Source: Oscillospiraceae bacterium
Lineage (GTDB): Bacteria > Bacillota > Clostridia > Oscillospirales > JAVBQB01
Assembly: GCA_031549265.1 (NCBI GenBank)
Contig: JAVBQB010000002.1
Coordinates: 28,038 to 92,037, forward strand
Direction: 5' to 3'
Length of the DNA: 64,000 nt
Made by a program: the position numbers and the translations under genes. The notes beneath the pieces are model-generated. The model saw only the letters and a list, made by a program, of their open reading frames with translations, ran no database searches and was not told the DNA's origin. Of the stretch, positions 8,658-19,085 are shown in pieces. The first letter of the stretch is position 1. Every line of letters starts with the position of its first letter.

Positions 8658-10817
8658 ATGGACAAAATTATTATTGAGCTCGCTAAACAGTTTAATTTGA
8701 AGGCCGATCACGTCGCCGGAGCGGTCGCTCTGCTCGACGAGGGTAACACCGTCCCGTTTGTGGCGCGCTACCGGAAGGAAGTCACCGGCGCGATGGATGA
8801 CCAGGTACTGCGAGAGCTGAACGACCGGCTGCAATATCTGCGCGGTCTGAGACAGCGCAAAGAGGAAGTCGCCGCCGTCATTGAACAGCTGGGCAAGATG
8901 AGCGACGAAATTGCCTCCGCGCTCGAAGCGGCGTCCACCCTTGCCGAGGTGGAGGACATTTACCGTCCTTACAAGCCCAAGCGACGCACCCGCGCCACAA
9001 TTGCCCGTGAACGCGGACTCGCGCCGCTCGCGGAAATCCTGCTGAACCAGGAAATAAAGTCGGGAACCGCCGAGGAACTCGCGCAGCCCTTCATCGACGC
9101 CGAAAAAGGCGTTGAAACCGCGTCCGCCGCCATCGACGGCGCATGCGATATCATCGCCGAGGACATATCTGACGACGCGGCGCTCCGCAAACAGCTGCGC
9201 GCCATATCCTACCGTTCGGGCGTGCTGCGTTCCCGCGCCGCCCGCGAGGAGGATTCCGTTTACGCGCTGTACTACGATTTCAGCGAGTCGCTGCCCAAGA
9301 TTCCCGGCCACCGAGTGCTGGCCATCAATCGGGGCGAGCGCGAGGAATTCCTCAAGGTCAGCACCGGGGTGGACGACGCCGCCGCGCTGCTGGCCATCCG
9401 CTCGAAATATGTAAAAGACGGTTCAATTTCCTCGGAAATAGTGCGGCGCGCCTGCGACGATTCCTGGGACAGGCTGATCTTTCCCTCCATCGAGCGGGAG
9501 CTTCGTTCCGACCTGACCTCGCGCGCAAGCGAACAGGCGATTAAGCTCTTTTCCGAAAATTTGAAGCAGCTTTTGATGCAGCCGCCGGTCAAGGGCCGTG
9601 TCACGCTCGGCTTTGACCCCGCGTACCGCACCGGCTGTAAGATCGCCGTGGTGGATGAGACCGGAATGCTGCTGGATACCGCCGTCATCTATCCCACCCC
9701 GCCGCAGAGCAAAACCGAGGAGGCGGCGTCCGTCCTGCGCGGTCTTATCAAAAAGCACAACATAACCGTCATCTCAATCGGCAACGGCACCGCCTCCAAG
9801 GAGTCCGAAATCTTCGTCGCCGATCTGATAACCAAGCTGGACACGCAGGTATCGTACATGATGGTCAATGAGGCGGGCGCGTCGGTTTATTCAGCGAGCA
9901 AGCTGGCCGCCGACGAGTTTCCGGGAATTGACGTCACTCTGCGCGGCGCGGCGTCGATTGCCCGCCGTTTGCAGGACCCGCTGGCCGAGCTGGTCAAGAT
10001 CGACCCCAAATCCATTGGAGTCGGCCAGTACCAGCACGATATGCCTCAGGCTCGGCTGGACGAAAGCCTGTCCGGCGTTGTGGAGTCGTGCGTCAACGCC
10101 GTCGGAGTGGACCTGAACACCGCATCCGCCCCGCTGCTCTCCCGCGTATCGGGCATCGGTGCTCAGCTGGCCAAGAATATAGTCGCCCACCGGGAGGCCA
10201 ACGGCGCGTTTCGCAACCGCCGCGCCCTGCTGAAGGTTACGAAGCTCGGACCGCGCGCCTTTCAGCAAAGCGCCGGATTTTTGCGCGTTCCCGGCTCGGA
10301 TAATATACTCGACAATACCGCAGTACATCCCGAATCATACGACGCGGCGCTGAAACTGCTGGAGCTCTGCGGATACACCAAAGAGGACGTCCGCTCGGGC
10401 GCGATCGGAGAGCTGCGTGACCGTTTATCCGGCACCGGCGAGCAAAAGTGCGCCGAGTATGCCGGCGTCGGTGTGCCCACGCTGCTTGACATCGCCGGTG
10501 AGCTGACTCGTCCCGGGCGCGACCCGCGCGACGACCTGCCGCCGCCGATGCTGCGTTCCGACGTGCTGGACATGAAAGACCTCGTTCCCGGTATGGAGCT
10601 GCTGGGCACGGTGCGCAACGTGATCGACTTCGGCGCTTTTGTCGACATCGGTGTGCATCAGGACGGCCTCATCCACATCTCGAACCTCGCCGACCGCTTT
10701 GTGCGGCACCCGTCTGACATCGTCAAGGTGGGCTGCACGGTCAAGGTTTCAGTCCTCAGCGTCGACCTGCAAAAGAAACGCATCGGACTGAAACTGGTCT
10801 CGATCGAAAACATCTGA
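8658..10817 (+). CDS. tex: Tex-like transcription accessory protein (YqgF/HhH/S1 domains)
   Basis: 719 aa. N-terminus ...VALLDEGNTVPFVARYRKEVTG, and a C-terminal S1 domain (GTVRNVIDFGAFVDIGVHQDGLIHIS). Confidence 0.93.
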   Translation: MDKIIIELAKQFNLKADHVAGAVALLDEGNTVPFVARYRKEVTGAMDDQVLRELNDRLQYLRGLRQRKEEVAAVIEQLGKMSDEIASALEAASTLAEVEDIYRPYKPKRRTRATIARERGLAPLAEILLNQEIKSGTAEELAQPFIDAEKGVETASAAIDGACDIIAEDISDDAALRKQLRAISYRSGVLRSRAAREEDSVYALYYDFSESLPKIPGHRVLAINRGEREEFLKVSTGVDDAAALLAIRSKYVKDGSISSEIVRRACDDSWDRLIFPSIERELRSDLTSRASEQAIKLFSENLKQLLMQPPVKGRVTLGFDPAYRTGCKIAVVDETGMLLDTAVIYPTPPQSKTEEAASVLRGLIKKHNITVISIGNGTASKESEIFVADLITKLDTQVSYMMVNEAGASVYSASKLAADEFPGIDVTLRGAASIARRLQDPLAELVKIDPKSIGVGQYQHDMPQARLDESLSGVVESCVNAVGVDLNTASAPLLSRVSGIGAQLAKNIVAHREANGAFRNRRALLKVTKLGPRAFQQSAGFLRVPGSDNILDNTAVHPESYDAALKLLELCGYTKEDVRSGAIGELRDRLSGTGEQKCAEYAGVGVPTLLDIAGELTRPGRDPRDDLPPPMLRSDVLDMKDLVPGMELLGTVRNVIDFGAFVDIGVHQDGLIHISNLADRFVRHPSDIVKVGCTVKVSVLSVDLQKKRIGLKLVSIENI

Positions 10818-10913
10818 CCGGGCGCGGCGCGAGGCTGTTTTTCCCGCTCGTATTTCTGCATTTATTCCAGCAGCCGCAACAGTCCGCATTGGGACAAATA
10901 TTGCGATTTTATA

Positions 10914-10942
10914 TTGTCTTTTAACTATATTTTTGATATAAT
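10914..10942 (+). promoter_or_regulatory. Sigma-A-type promoter upstream of gdpP
   Basis: TTGTCT (10914-10919), 17-nt spacer, TATAAT (10937-10942). This leaves a leader of about 110 nt before GTG 11062. Confidence 0.5.
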
Positions 10943-11061
10943 GTTTGCTCCGGCAAAATTTGTGTCGAATCCGGGCGGTTGTGCGAAACGCGTTTCAGCG
11001 CGCCCGTATCCGCGGTTTTGCCGCTCCCTATTGACCGGAACTACAGCTTGGAGGATTTGCG

Positions 11062-13041
11062 GTGAACAATCGGTTTTCACGGCTGACGGAGCCGGGTATA
11101 TGGCTGTTTGTGAGTGTGCTGGTGGTTTTTTCCGCTGTAACGGCGTTTTTTAGCCTACCGCTTGCCATTGCGGAGTTTGTCGTTGTGGTGTTTCTGTTCA
11201 TTTACGGCAGGATATCCAACCGCAAGCGCCGCCGTGAGATCGTCCGCTATATCGAGTCGCTGACCACCAGCGTGGACGCGGCTGCGGCCGGCTCTATGCA
11301 GAGCTTCCCGCTGCCTATGGTTATAATACAGCTTGAGACGGGCGAAATCATCTGGTCTAACGACCAGTTCAACGAAATTACCGGCAACCGCGAGTCCCTG
11401 TTTTCCCGATATATCAGCGACGTGACCGGCGGCTTCTCCGCCCAGTGGCTGATGGAGGGCAGGTCGATGTCTCCCGAGCCCGCACTTGTAAACGACAGGC
11501 TGTTTGACGTTTACGCGGGCGTTGTGCGCAGCTCCCGCGGCCTTATCGCGACACTCTACTGGGTGGACTGCACCGATTTACACCGGATTCGCGACCAGTT
11601 TGTAAACTCCCGCCCGGTTGTCTGCATTATACTGATCGACAACTACGAAGAACTGATGAAGAACACGTCTGACTCTGAAAAGTCGGCGATGCTGGCCGCG
11701 CTGGATATGAAGATATCCGAATGGATCGCGGATACCGACGGCGTGCTGCGGAAATATGAGCGCGACCGTATGCTGTTTATCTTCGAGCAGCGGTATCTCG
11801 GCCGGCTGATCGAGGGCAAATTCTCGCTGCTGGACAGCGCGCGGGCAATTCTCGCACCCGACTCGATGAATCTGACGCTCAGCATCGGCGTCGGCAAAGA
11901 CGCGGAAACCATGCGCGAAAATTTCCAACAGGCGTCGCTGGCAATCGAAATGGCGCTCTCGCGCGGCGGCGACCAGGCGGTCATCAAAAACCCGTTTAAT
12001 TTCGAGTTTTACGGCGGCCGAACCAAGGAGCTTGAGAAACGCACCAAGGTCAAGTCCCGCGTTATGGCGCATTCGCTTGGCGAGCTCATTTCGTCGTCGT
12101 CCTTTCTGCTGGTCATGGGACACAGAGCCGCCGACATCGACGCGATCGGCGCGGCGTCCGGTGTTGTGTGCGCCGCGCGCAAGCTCGGAAAGCCCGCCTA
12201 TATCGTCTGCGACCAGAGCAAAACGACTGCGCGCCCGATTATTGACCGGCTGATGCTGCACGCCGAATACGCCAACTGCTTTATTTCGGCGCAGGACGCC
12301 ATCCTCTGGGCCGACCGCGATACACTGCTTATCGTTGTCGACACCAACCGGCCCGATTATGTCGAATCCCCGGAGCTTTTGCAGTCGATCAACAGGATTG
12401 CGGTAATCGACCACCACCGGCGCGCAGCCTCGTACATCGACAACGCCGCCCTCAGCTTCCACGAGCCCTACGCCTCGTCCACCTGCGAGCTGATGACCGA
12501 GCTGCTGCAATATCTGGTGGATTCGGCTGACATACTGCGCTACGAAGCAGAGGCGATGCTGGCCGGAATCGTACTCGACACCAAAAATTTCTGTATCCGA
12601 ACCGGAGTGCGCACCTTTGAGGCGGCCGCCTACCTGCGCCGCGCCGGAGCCGATACCATTGAGATAAAGAAGCTGTTCCAGAACGACTTGAAGAGTTGCA
12701 TTTCGCGGTATGAATTTATCAAGGCCGCGAACATCTACTTTGACAACATCGCGATTTCGGCGGTCAACCTGCCCAGCGACCGCACCATCGCGGCGCAGGC
12801 GTCGGACGAGCTGCTGAACGTCACCGGCGTGCAGGCGTCGTTTATAATCTTCCCGATCGAAACCGGAGTCAACATTTCCGCGCGGTCACTTGGCGCGGTT
12901 AACGTCCAGTTCATTCTGGAAAAGCTGGGCGGCGGCGGCCACCTGACCATGGCGGGCGCGCAGATTCCCGACACAACGGTGCAGGCTGTCTTTGAAAAAC
13001 TGCTGTTCGTCATCGAGGACTATGTCAACCAGACCGACTGA
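11062..13041 (+). CDS. gdpP: GdpP/YybT-type DHH/DHHA1 phosphodiesterase (c-di-AMP phosphodiesterase family)
   Basis: 659 aa, GTG start after GGAGGA. It has two N-terminal TM helices, DHH motifs (MGHRAADIDAIGA, VVDTNRP, VIDHHRR) and DHHA1 GGGGH. It sits upstream of rplI-dnaB, as yybT does in B. subtilis. Confidence 0.88.
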   Translation: MNNRFSRLTEPGIWLFVSVLVVFSAVTAFFSLPLAIAEFVVVVFLFIYGRISNRKRRREIVRYIESLTTSVDAAAAGSMQSFPLPMVIIQLETGEIIWSNDQFNEITGNRESLFSRYISDVTGGFSAQWLMEGRSMSPEPALVNDRLFDVYAGVVRSSRGLIATLYWVDCTDLHRIRDQFVNSRPVVCIILIDNYEELMKNTSDSEKSAMLAALDMKISEWIADTDGVLRKYERDRMLFIFEQRYLGRLIEGKFSLLDSARAILAPDSMNLTLSIGVGKDAETMRENFQQASLAIEMALSRGGDQAVIKNPFNFEFYGGRTKELEKRTKVKSRVMAHSLGELISSSSFLLVMGHRAADIDAIGAASGVVCAARKLGKPAYIVCDQSKTTARPIIDRLMLHAEYANCFISAQDAILWADRDTLLIVVDTNRPDYVESPELLQSINRIAVIDHHRRAASYIDNAALSFHEPYASSTCELMTELLQYLVDSADILRYEAEAMLAGIVLDTKNFCIRTGVRTFEAAAYLRRAGADTIEIKKLFQNDLKSCISRYEFIKAANIYFDNIAISAVNLPSDRTIAAQASDELLNVTGVQASFIIFPIETGVNISARSLGAVNVQFILEKLGGGGHLTMAGAQIPDTTVQAVFEKLLFVIEDYVNQTD

Positions 13042-13157
13042 TACCCGGATTTCAGACTGAATATTCACCGATCCCGCGGCAATCCGGCGAACGCCGCGGA
13101 CGGTCAAACGGACAAACGTCCGAAAATTTCAACCGCGCCGGAGAAATGAGCTGAATT

Positions 13158-13604
13158 ATGAAAGTTATATTACTGGCCGACGTAAAAGGGCAGGGCAAAA
13201 AGGGGCAGATGGTCGAGGTATCCGACGGATACGCCCGCAACTACCTGATGCCGCGCAATCTCGCCGCCACTGCCACCGCCGACAGCATCAACGCCCTGAA
13301 ACTCAAAGAAGAATCCGCCCGCCAGCATGAAATCAAGGAAAAAAAGCGTATGCAGGAGCTTGCCGAGAAGCTTAAGACATGCCCGGTCAAGGTTCAGGCC
13401 AAGGCCGGTTCGGCGGGGCGCCTGTTCGGCAGCGTGACCTCCAAGGAAATCGCCGACGCGCTGAAGGCTCAGTTCGGAGTTGAGCTGGATAAGCACAAGA
13501 TCGTTCTTGAAGAGTCGATAAAGCAATTCGGCGAATATGAGCTGAAGGTTAAATTCGGCCACGAGGTCAGCGGCATAATACACGTACTGGTGGAAAACGA
13601 GTAA
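13158..13604 (+). CDS. rplI: 50S ribosomal protein L9
   Basis: 148 aa, MKVILLADVKGQGKKGQMVEVSDGYARNYLMPRNLA. Confidence 0.95.
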   Translation: MKVILLADVKGQGKKGQMVEVSDGYARNYLMPRNLAATATADSINALKLKEESARQHEIKEKKRMQELAEKLKTCPVKVQAKAGSAGRLFGSVTSKEIADALKAQFGVELDKHKIVLEESIKQFGEYELKVKFGHEVSGIIHVLVENE

Positions 13605-13619
13605 TCAACGGGGGCCTTT

Positions 13620-14951
13620 ATGGAAGAACTGACATCGCGAACGCTTCCCCACAGCGCGGAAGCTGAACAGTCGGTCATCGGCGCGATGCTCATCGACTCC
13701 CGCTGCGTGGCCGACATGATAGCGAAGCTAAAACCGGACGATTTCTTTTTGCAGCAAAACCGCGATATCTACGAGACGATGTACATGATGTTCGGCACAG
13801 GGCAGGCCATTGACGCCGTGACCCTGCTCGCCCGGATGCGCGAGCGCGGAGTTTATATCGAGGGCGTGACCCGCCAGTACGTCCTGCAAATACTGGATAT
13901 CACCCCGACGTCGGCAAACGCCTCCGAGTACTGCGACATCGTAATTGACAGGTCGCTGCGCCGCAAAGTTGCCGAAGCCGCCCGCGATATTGCCGAAATG
14001 GCGGCCGACGGCGCGGGAGAGGCCGCGTCGCTGCTGGATGCCGCCGAGCACCTGATCTATTCAATCCGGCAGGGCAAGTCCGACCAGAACCTGATACACA
14101 TCCGTACCGTTCTGACCGAGGTTTACGCCCGGCTGGACGAGCTGGCCAAATCTCCGGGCAAGCTCCCCGGCCTTCCGACGGGCATTCCGGAGCTCGACCA
14201 CACCATCATGGGACTCAAAAAATCCGACCTGGTGCTGGTTGCGTCCCGCCCGGGCATGGGCAAGACCAGCTTCGCACTGAATATCGCGATGCACACCAGC
14301 CGCGCTTCCAAGTCTACCGTCGTTTTCTTCTCGCTCGAAATGCCGCGGGAACAGCTCGCGACGAGGCTGCTCTCTTCCGAGGCGCTTATCAATTCCAAGC
14401 TGCTGATGACCGGCGAGTTGAACGACGACCAGTGGGCAAAGCTAGCGATGGCTTCCAACGTGCTGTCCAAGATCGACCTGCGTATCGACGACAACCCGGC
14501 GATTACGGTCAACGAGATGAAGGCCAAGTGCCGCCGGGTGGAAAATCTCGGTCTCATCGTCATCGACTACCTTCAGCTGATGCGAGGTAGCCGCAACTAT
14601 GACAACCGCGTTCAGGAGGTCGGTGAAATCTCGCGTTCGCTTAAGATCATGGCAAAGGAGCTGAACGTTCCGGTTCTCTGCCTGTCCCAGCTCTCGCGCG
14701 CCAACGAAGCCCGCCAGGACAAACGGCCGCAGCTTTCCGATCTGCGCGAGTCGGGCGCGATCGAGCAGGACGCCGACATTGTAATGTTCCTTTTCAGAGA
14801 GGACTATTATAATAAAGAAGCAGAGGTCAAAAACCTCGCTGAGCTCATTGTCGCCAAGAACAGGCACGGTGAAACCGGCAAGATCGACCTCAACTGGATC
14901 GGTGAGTTTACGTCTTTTTCCAGCAGGGAGTGGAAACATGATGACAGATAA
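13620..14951 (+). CDS. dnaB: Replicative DNA helicase
   Basis: 443 aa. N-terminus LPHSAEAEQSVIGAMLID, Walker A SRPGMGKTSFALN, and LSQLSR ... DADIVMFLFRE. Confidence 0.95.
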   Translation: MEELTSRTLPHSAEAEQSVIGAMLIDSRCVADMIAKLKPDDFFLQQNRDIYETMYMMFGTGQAIDAVTLLARMRERGVYIEGVTRQYVLQILDITPTSANASEYCDIVIDRSLRRKVAEAARDIAEMAADGAGEAASLLDAAEHLIYSIRQGKSDQNLIHIRTVLTEVYARLDELAKSPGKLPGLPTGIPELDHTIMGLKKSDLVLVASRPGMGKTSFALNIAMHTSRASKSTVVFFSLEMPREQLATRLLSSEALINSKLLMTGELNDDQWAKLAMASNVLSKIDLRIDDNPAITVNEMKAKCRRVENLGLIVIDYLQLMRGSRNYDNRVQEVGEISRSLKIMAKELNVPVLCLSQLSRANEARQDKRPQLSDLRESGAIEQDADIVMFLFREDYYNKEAEVKNLAELIVAKNRHGETGKIDLNWIGEFTSFSSREWKHDDR

Positions 14952-16329
14952 AATTATCGACGCTGTCCGCCGCTTTTCTATGATACCGAGCGGATCAAAG
15001 GTGCTCTGCGCGCTGTCCGGCGGCGCGGACTCCACCGCTCTGCTCTACGCTCTGATCGGAGTGTCCGAACAGCTGGAAATTGCCGAAATCGTCGCCGCCC
15101 ACCTCAACCATCAGCTTCGCGGCGAGGAATCCGACCGAGATGCCGAATTTGTCTCGGGGCTGGCGGCAAACGCCGGCGTCCGCCTCTATACCGGCCGCTC
15201 GGATATCGCCGCCGAAGCCAAAATGCGCGGTATGGGCATCGAGGAGACCGCGCGCGCCGTCAGATACGAGTTTTTCAGGATGGTCTGCGAGCAGTCCGGC
15301 TGCACCCGCGTCGCCACCGGCCACACGGCCAACGACAGTGCCGAGACCATTATCATGAACCTCACCCGCGGTTCGGGACTTTCCGGCGTGACCGGTATCC
15401 CGCCCGTACGTGACCGGATAATCCGCCCCATAATATATGTGACCCGGGACGAGTGCCTGGAATTTCTCGACCGAATCGGCGTCGGCTACGTCGTCGATTC
15501 CACAAACGACGATACGGCGTTTACCCGCAACCATATCCGTCACAAAGTTATGCCTGAGCTGACCAAGATCAACCGGGCGGCCATGGCCAACCTACTGAGC
15601 TTCGCCGAGCTCGCGCGCGGGGACTATGACTATATCTCATCGCAGGTCGGCATCTCGCTGCTGTCCACCCGGCGCGTCCGCGAGGGTATCGCTGTGGACG
15701 CGGGCTATTTTTCCGGACTGCACGACAGCATCTCCTCCCGCCTATGCAGGACGCTCTGCGAAATTGTCAGCGACGCGGCGTGCGAAATCAGCCGCGGCCA
15801 CGTTGACAGTATCGCGGCGCTTGCAGAGAGCGACAGTCCCTCGGCGCGCATCGACCTGCCGCACGGGGTGGTCGTCCGCCGGATTTATACCGATCTGGTA
15901 TTCTGCCGGCCGTCGTCCACGCCTCTCGGCTTTGATCCCGTCGATATCTCCGACGGCGTCGACCTGACTCTCCCGGAGATCGGCGCGATGGTCAGCTGCC
16001 GCAATGCCGATTCAGGCGAGCGTGATATTGTTGACAACTTATTCAACATTTTTTATGTCAAGCGTGATATGATAGAGTGCGGGCTATCCGTCAGGCCGCG
16101 CGTTCAGGGCGACAGTATCCGCCTTGCCGGGCGCGGAGTGACCAAGTCGCTCAAGAAGCTTTTCATCGAAAACAAGATTCCGGCGCACCTTCGCCCCATG
16201 ACTCCTGTTCTCGCGGACGGCGACCGGGTGGTGGCTGTTCCGGGACTTGGAATCGACGAAGATTACGCGTCGGCGCCGGGCGAGCCGGTCATTCGGGTGG
16301 AGTTTCAGTTTTTGGAGGATACATTATGA
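14938..16329 (+). CDS. tilS: tRNA(Ile)-lysidine synthase
   Basis: PP-loop LCALSGGADSTALL. I place the start at ATG 14938 (GGAG upstream), giving a 14-nt overlap with dnaB. The track ORF start at 14848 lies inside dnaB. Confidence 0.9.
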   Translation: MMTDKIIDAVRRFSMIPSGSKVLCALSGGADSTALLYALIGVSEQLEIAEIVAAHLNHQLRGEESDRDAEFVSGLAANAGVRLYTGRSDIAAEAKMRGMGIEETARAVRYEFFRMVCEQSGCTRVATGHTANDSAETIIMNLTRGSGLSGVTGIPPVRDRIIRPIIYVTRDECLEFLDRIGVGYVVDSTNDDTAFTRNHIRHKVMPELTKINRAAMANLLSFAELARGDYDYISSQVGISLLSTRRVREGIAVDAGYFSGLHDSISSRLCRTLCEIVSDAACEISRGHVDSIAALAESDSPSARIDLPHGVVVRRIYTDLVFCRPSSTPLGFDPVDISDGVDLTLPEIGAMVSCRNADSGERDIVDNLFNIFYVKRDMIECGLSVRPRVQGDSIRLAGRGVTKSLKKLFIENKIPAHLRPMTPVLADGDRVVAVPGLGIDEDYASAPGEPVIRVEFQFLEDTL

Positions 16330-16880
16330 TGAGAGACGATATGCAGAGCATACTGTTTGACGAAAACACGCTGGCGGCGCGCATCCGCGAGATGGCCGGC
16401 GTCATTAGCGCCGAATATAAGGGACGCAATCCGCTCATCATATCCATACTGAAGGGTTCGTTTGTGTTTACAGCCGATTTGGTTCGCAATCTGGACATTC
16501 CGTGCACTCTGGATTTTATTTCGTGCAGCTCTTACGGCTCGGGTTCGTCGACGACCGGCGCAGTCAAAATTATCAAGGATCTGGACACCGACATTTCCGG
16601 GCGTGATGTCATTATTGCCGAAGATATTCTTGACAGCGGGGTAACTTTGAGTTATATTATGAATTTAATGAGCGCGAAGAATCCTGCTTCAATAAAACTA
16701 TGCGTGCTGCTCGACAAGCCCGCGCGCCGTAAAAATAGTATTCGCGCTGATTACGTCGGATTTCAGATTCCCGATGAGTTTGTGGTGGGTTTTGGCCTTG
16801 ATTTTGACGAAAAATACAGAAACCTGCCCTATATCGGCATTCTAAAACCCTCGGTTTACATGGAGCCGGAGTGCGTCTGA
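16326..16880 (+). CDS. hpt: Hypoxanthine phosphoribosyltransferase
   Basis: Start MMRDDMQSILF at an ATGA overlap with the tilS stop. PRPP motif VIIAEDILDSGVTL. The track ORF start at 16077 is an in-frame extension inside tilS. Confidence 0.92.
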   Translation: MMRDDMQSILFDENTLAARIREMAGVISAEYKGRNPLIISILKGSFVFTADLVRNLDIPCTLDFISCSSYGSGSSTTGAVKIIKDLDTDISGRDVIIAEDILDSGVTLSYIMNLMSAKNPASIKLCVLLDKPARRKNSIRADYVGFQIPDEFVVGFGLDFDEKYRNLPYIGILKPSVYMEPECV

Positions 16881-17022
16881 TTTTGGCGCGCCGGCGTTTC
16901 ATTTACCACCGATTTGCTCCCGCTTATTTGTCCCTTGTTTGTGCCTAAATGCTTTATCCTTATTTTTGCTTTTATGTGCTTTGCTCCGGTCAGAATACGC
17001 GTTATCCTGACCCGGACTCACC

Positions 17023-18972
17023 TTGACAGGATGTGATTTTTTGAAGAAAAACGGCCTGCGCGACGTTGGCTTTTATGTCTTGATTTTCGTTATACTGATA
17101 GCCACGGTCGTGCTGATCTCCCGATCCAGCGAACAGCCAAAGCCGACGTATTCCGAAATTTTGGACTATCTTACTAAGGAACAGGTTAAAGGAGTCGTGC
17201 TCGAGGGCGACGTGCTTACGCTCACACTGCGCGACAACAGTTCGGTCACCTTTGAACTGTTCGACACCAAGTATTTCATGGAGCAATACGGCGAATTGAT
17301 CCAGCAGCAGCATACCGAGAATCTGATTACCACATACGATGTCCGCAAGGGCTTTGTTCCGCCCTGGTGGATGATGCTGGTTCCCTACGCTGTGCTTTTC
17401 GTGATATTTATTCTGCTTTGGTATTTTATGTTCAACCGCTCGGGCGGCGCCGACTCCAAGGCAATGCGCTTTGGCAAGGCGCGCACTCGTCTCGGCTCGG
17501 AAGAAAAGAAGAAAGTTACATTTAACGACGTTGCGGGCGCGGACGAGGAGAAGGCCGAACTTCAGGAAATTGTAGACTTCCTTAAGAACCCCAAGAAATT
17601 CGTTGAAATCGGCGCGCGCATACCCAAGGGCGTTTTGCTGGTCGGCCCTCCGGGTACCGGTAAAACCCTTATCGCCAAAGCGGTCGCCGGAGAAGCGGGC
17701 GTCCAGTTCCTGTCGATATCGGGCTCGGACTTTGTTGAGCTCTACGTCGGCGTGGGCGCATCCCGTGTGCGCGACCTGTTTGAACAGGCGAAGAAAGCCG
17801 CGCCGTCAATCATATTCATCGATGAGATCGACGCTGTCGGCCGTCACCGCGGCGCCGGAATGGGCGGCGGACACGACGAGCGCGAACAAACGCTCAACCA
17901 GCTGCTGGTCGAGATGGACGGTTTCGGCTCCAACGAGGGCGTAATCATTATCGCGGCCACCAACCGCGCGGACATACTCGACCCGGCGCTGCTGCGTCCC
18001 GGCCGTTTTGACCGCCAGGTTTACGTCGGCCTACCCGACATCAAGGGACGTGAATCCATTCTGCGCGTTCATGCCCGCGGAAAGCCTCTCGACCGCGACG
18101 TCAATCTGGGCACCATCGCCAAAACTACCGGCGGATTCACCGGCGCCGACCTCGAAAACCTGCTCAACGAAGCGGCGCTGCTGGCTGCCCGCCGTAACAA
18201 GCGCGTTATCGCTATGCCGGAAATCGAGGAGGCTATAATCAAAGTTGTTGCCGGCCCCGAAAAGAAATCTCGCGTTATCTCCGATGAGGAACGCAGATTG
18301 ACCGCCTATCACGAGGCCGGCCACGCGGTCGTTATGAAGCAGCTCAAGACCCACGACCCCGTGCATCAAATCTCCATTATCCCGCGCGGAGCCGCCGGGG
18401 GATACACGCTCTCGCTGCCGCAGGAGGATAAATACTTCCAGTCCAAGAGTTCGATGTTCGAGACCATTGTCAGCTTTATGGGCGGCCGCGTCGCCGAACA
18501 GCTGATACTTGACGATATATCTACCGGAGCATCCAACGACATCCAGCGCGCGACCGATATCGCCCGCAAAATGGTCACAAAATACGGAATGAGCGACAAG
18601 CTCGGGCCGATCAGCTTCTCCTCCGGCAGCGATGAGGTATTTCTCGGCCGCGACTTTGGCCACGCGCGCAACTACTCGGAGGAGATCGCCTCAAAAATCG
18701 ACTCCGAGATCAAGTCCATCGTCGATAACGCTTACCAGAAATGTGCCGAGCTGATCACGGGCAAGCTCGACAAGCTGCACGGCGTCGCCAACTACCTGCT
18801 GGCCAACGAAACGATGGATGCCGATTCCTTTAACACCTTCTTCGAGACCGGCGTCATCCCCGAAAGACGCGTGCCCGAACCGCCGATTGAGCCCGAGGAC
18901 AAAGACGACTTGGATTCGCCTGAGCATCCTGACGATCCGCGGCGGGAGAGAGAAATTGACATTGAGCTTTAA
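17023..18972 (+). CDS. ftsH: ATP-dependent zinc metalloprotease FtsH
   Basis: Walker [13 protein letters not shown]+ SRH region, zinc motif HEAGHAVV. Both candidate starts are TTG (17023 or 17041), and 17041 gives MKKNGLRDV... The conserved tilS-hpt-ftsH order supports the call. Confidence 0.95.
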   Translation: MTGCDFLKKNGLRDVGFYVLIFVILIATVVLISRSSEQPKPTYSEILDYLTKEQVKGVVLEGDVLTLTLRDNSSVTFELFDTKYFMEQYGELIQQQHTENLITTYDVRKGFVPPWWMMLVPYAVLFVIFILLWYFMFNRSGGADSKAMRFGKARTRLGSEEKKKVTFNDVAGADEEKAELQEIVDFLKNPKKFVEIGARIPKGVLLVGPPGTGKTLIAKAVAGEAGVQFLSISGSDFVELYVGVGASRVRDLFEQAKKAAPSIIFIDEIDAVGRHRGAGMGGGHDEREQTLNQLLVEMDGFGSNEGVIIIAATNRADILDPALLRPGRFDRQVYVGLPDIKGRESILRVHARGKPLDRDVNLGTIAKTTGGFTGADLENLLNEAALLAARRNKRVIAMPEIEEAIIKVVAGPEKKSRVISDEERRLTAYHEAGHAVVMKQLKTHDPVHQISIIPRGAAGGYTLSLPQEDKYFQSKSSMFETIVSFMGGRVAEQLILDDISTGASNDIQRATDIARKMVTKYGMSDKLGPISFSSGSDEVFLGRDFGHARNYSEEIASKIDSEIKSIVDNAYQKCAELITGKLDKLHGVANYLLANETMDADSFNTFFETGVIPERRVPEPPIEPEDKDDLDSPEHPDDPRREREIDIEL

Positions 18973-19027
18973 GCTTTTTTTCGGGAGCGTACTTTTCACT
19001 TTTGCGAAACCAGCATAACGACTTGAC

Positions 19028-19067
19028 TGCTCCCGCACCCAGACTTCCGGGTACGGGAGCAATTTAT
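19028..19067 (+). terminator. Stem-loop after ftsH (probable weak terminator)
   Basis: TGCTCCCGCACCC / GGGTACGGGAGCA stem with 1 mismatch and an 8-nt loop, followed by ATTTAT. Confidence 0.45.
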
Positions 19068-19085
19068 CATCACGGAGGGCAATAT

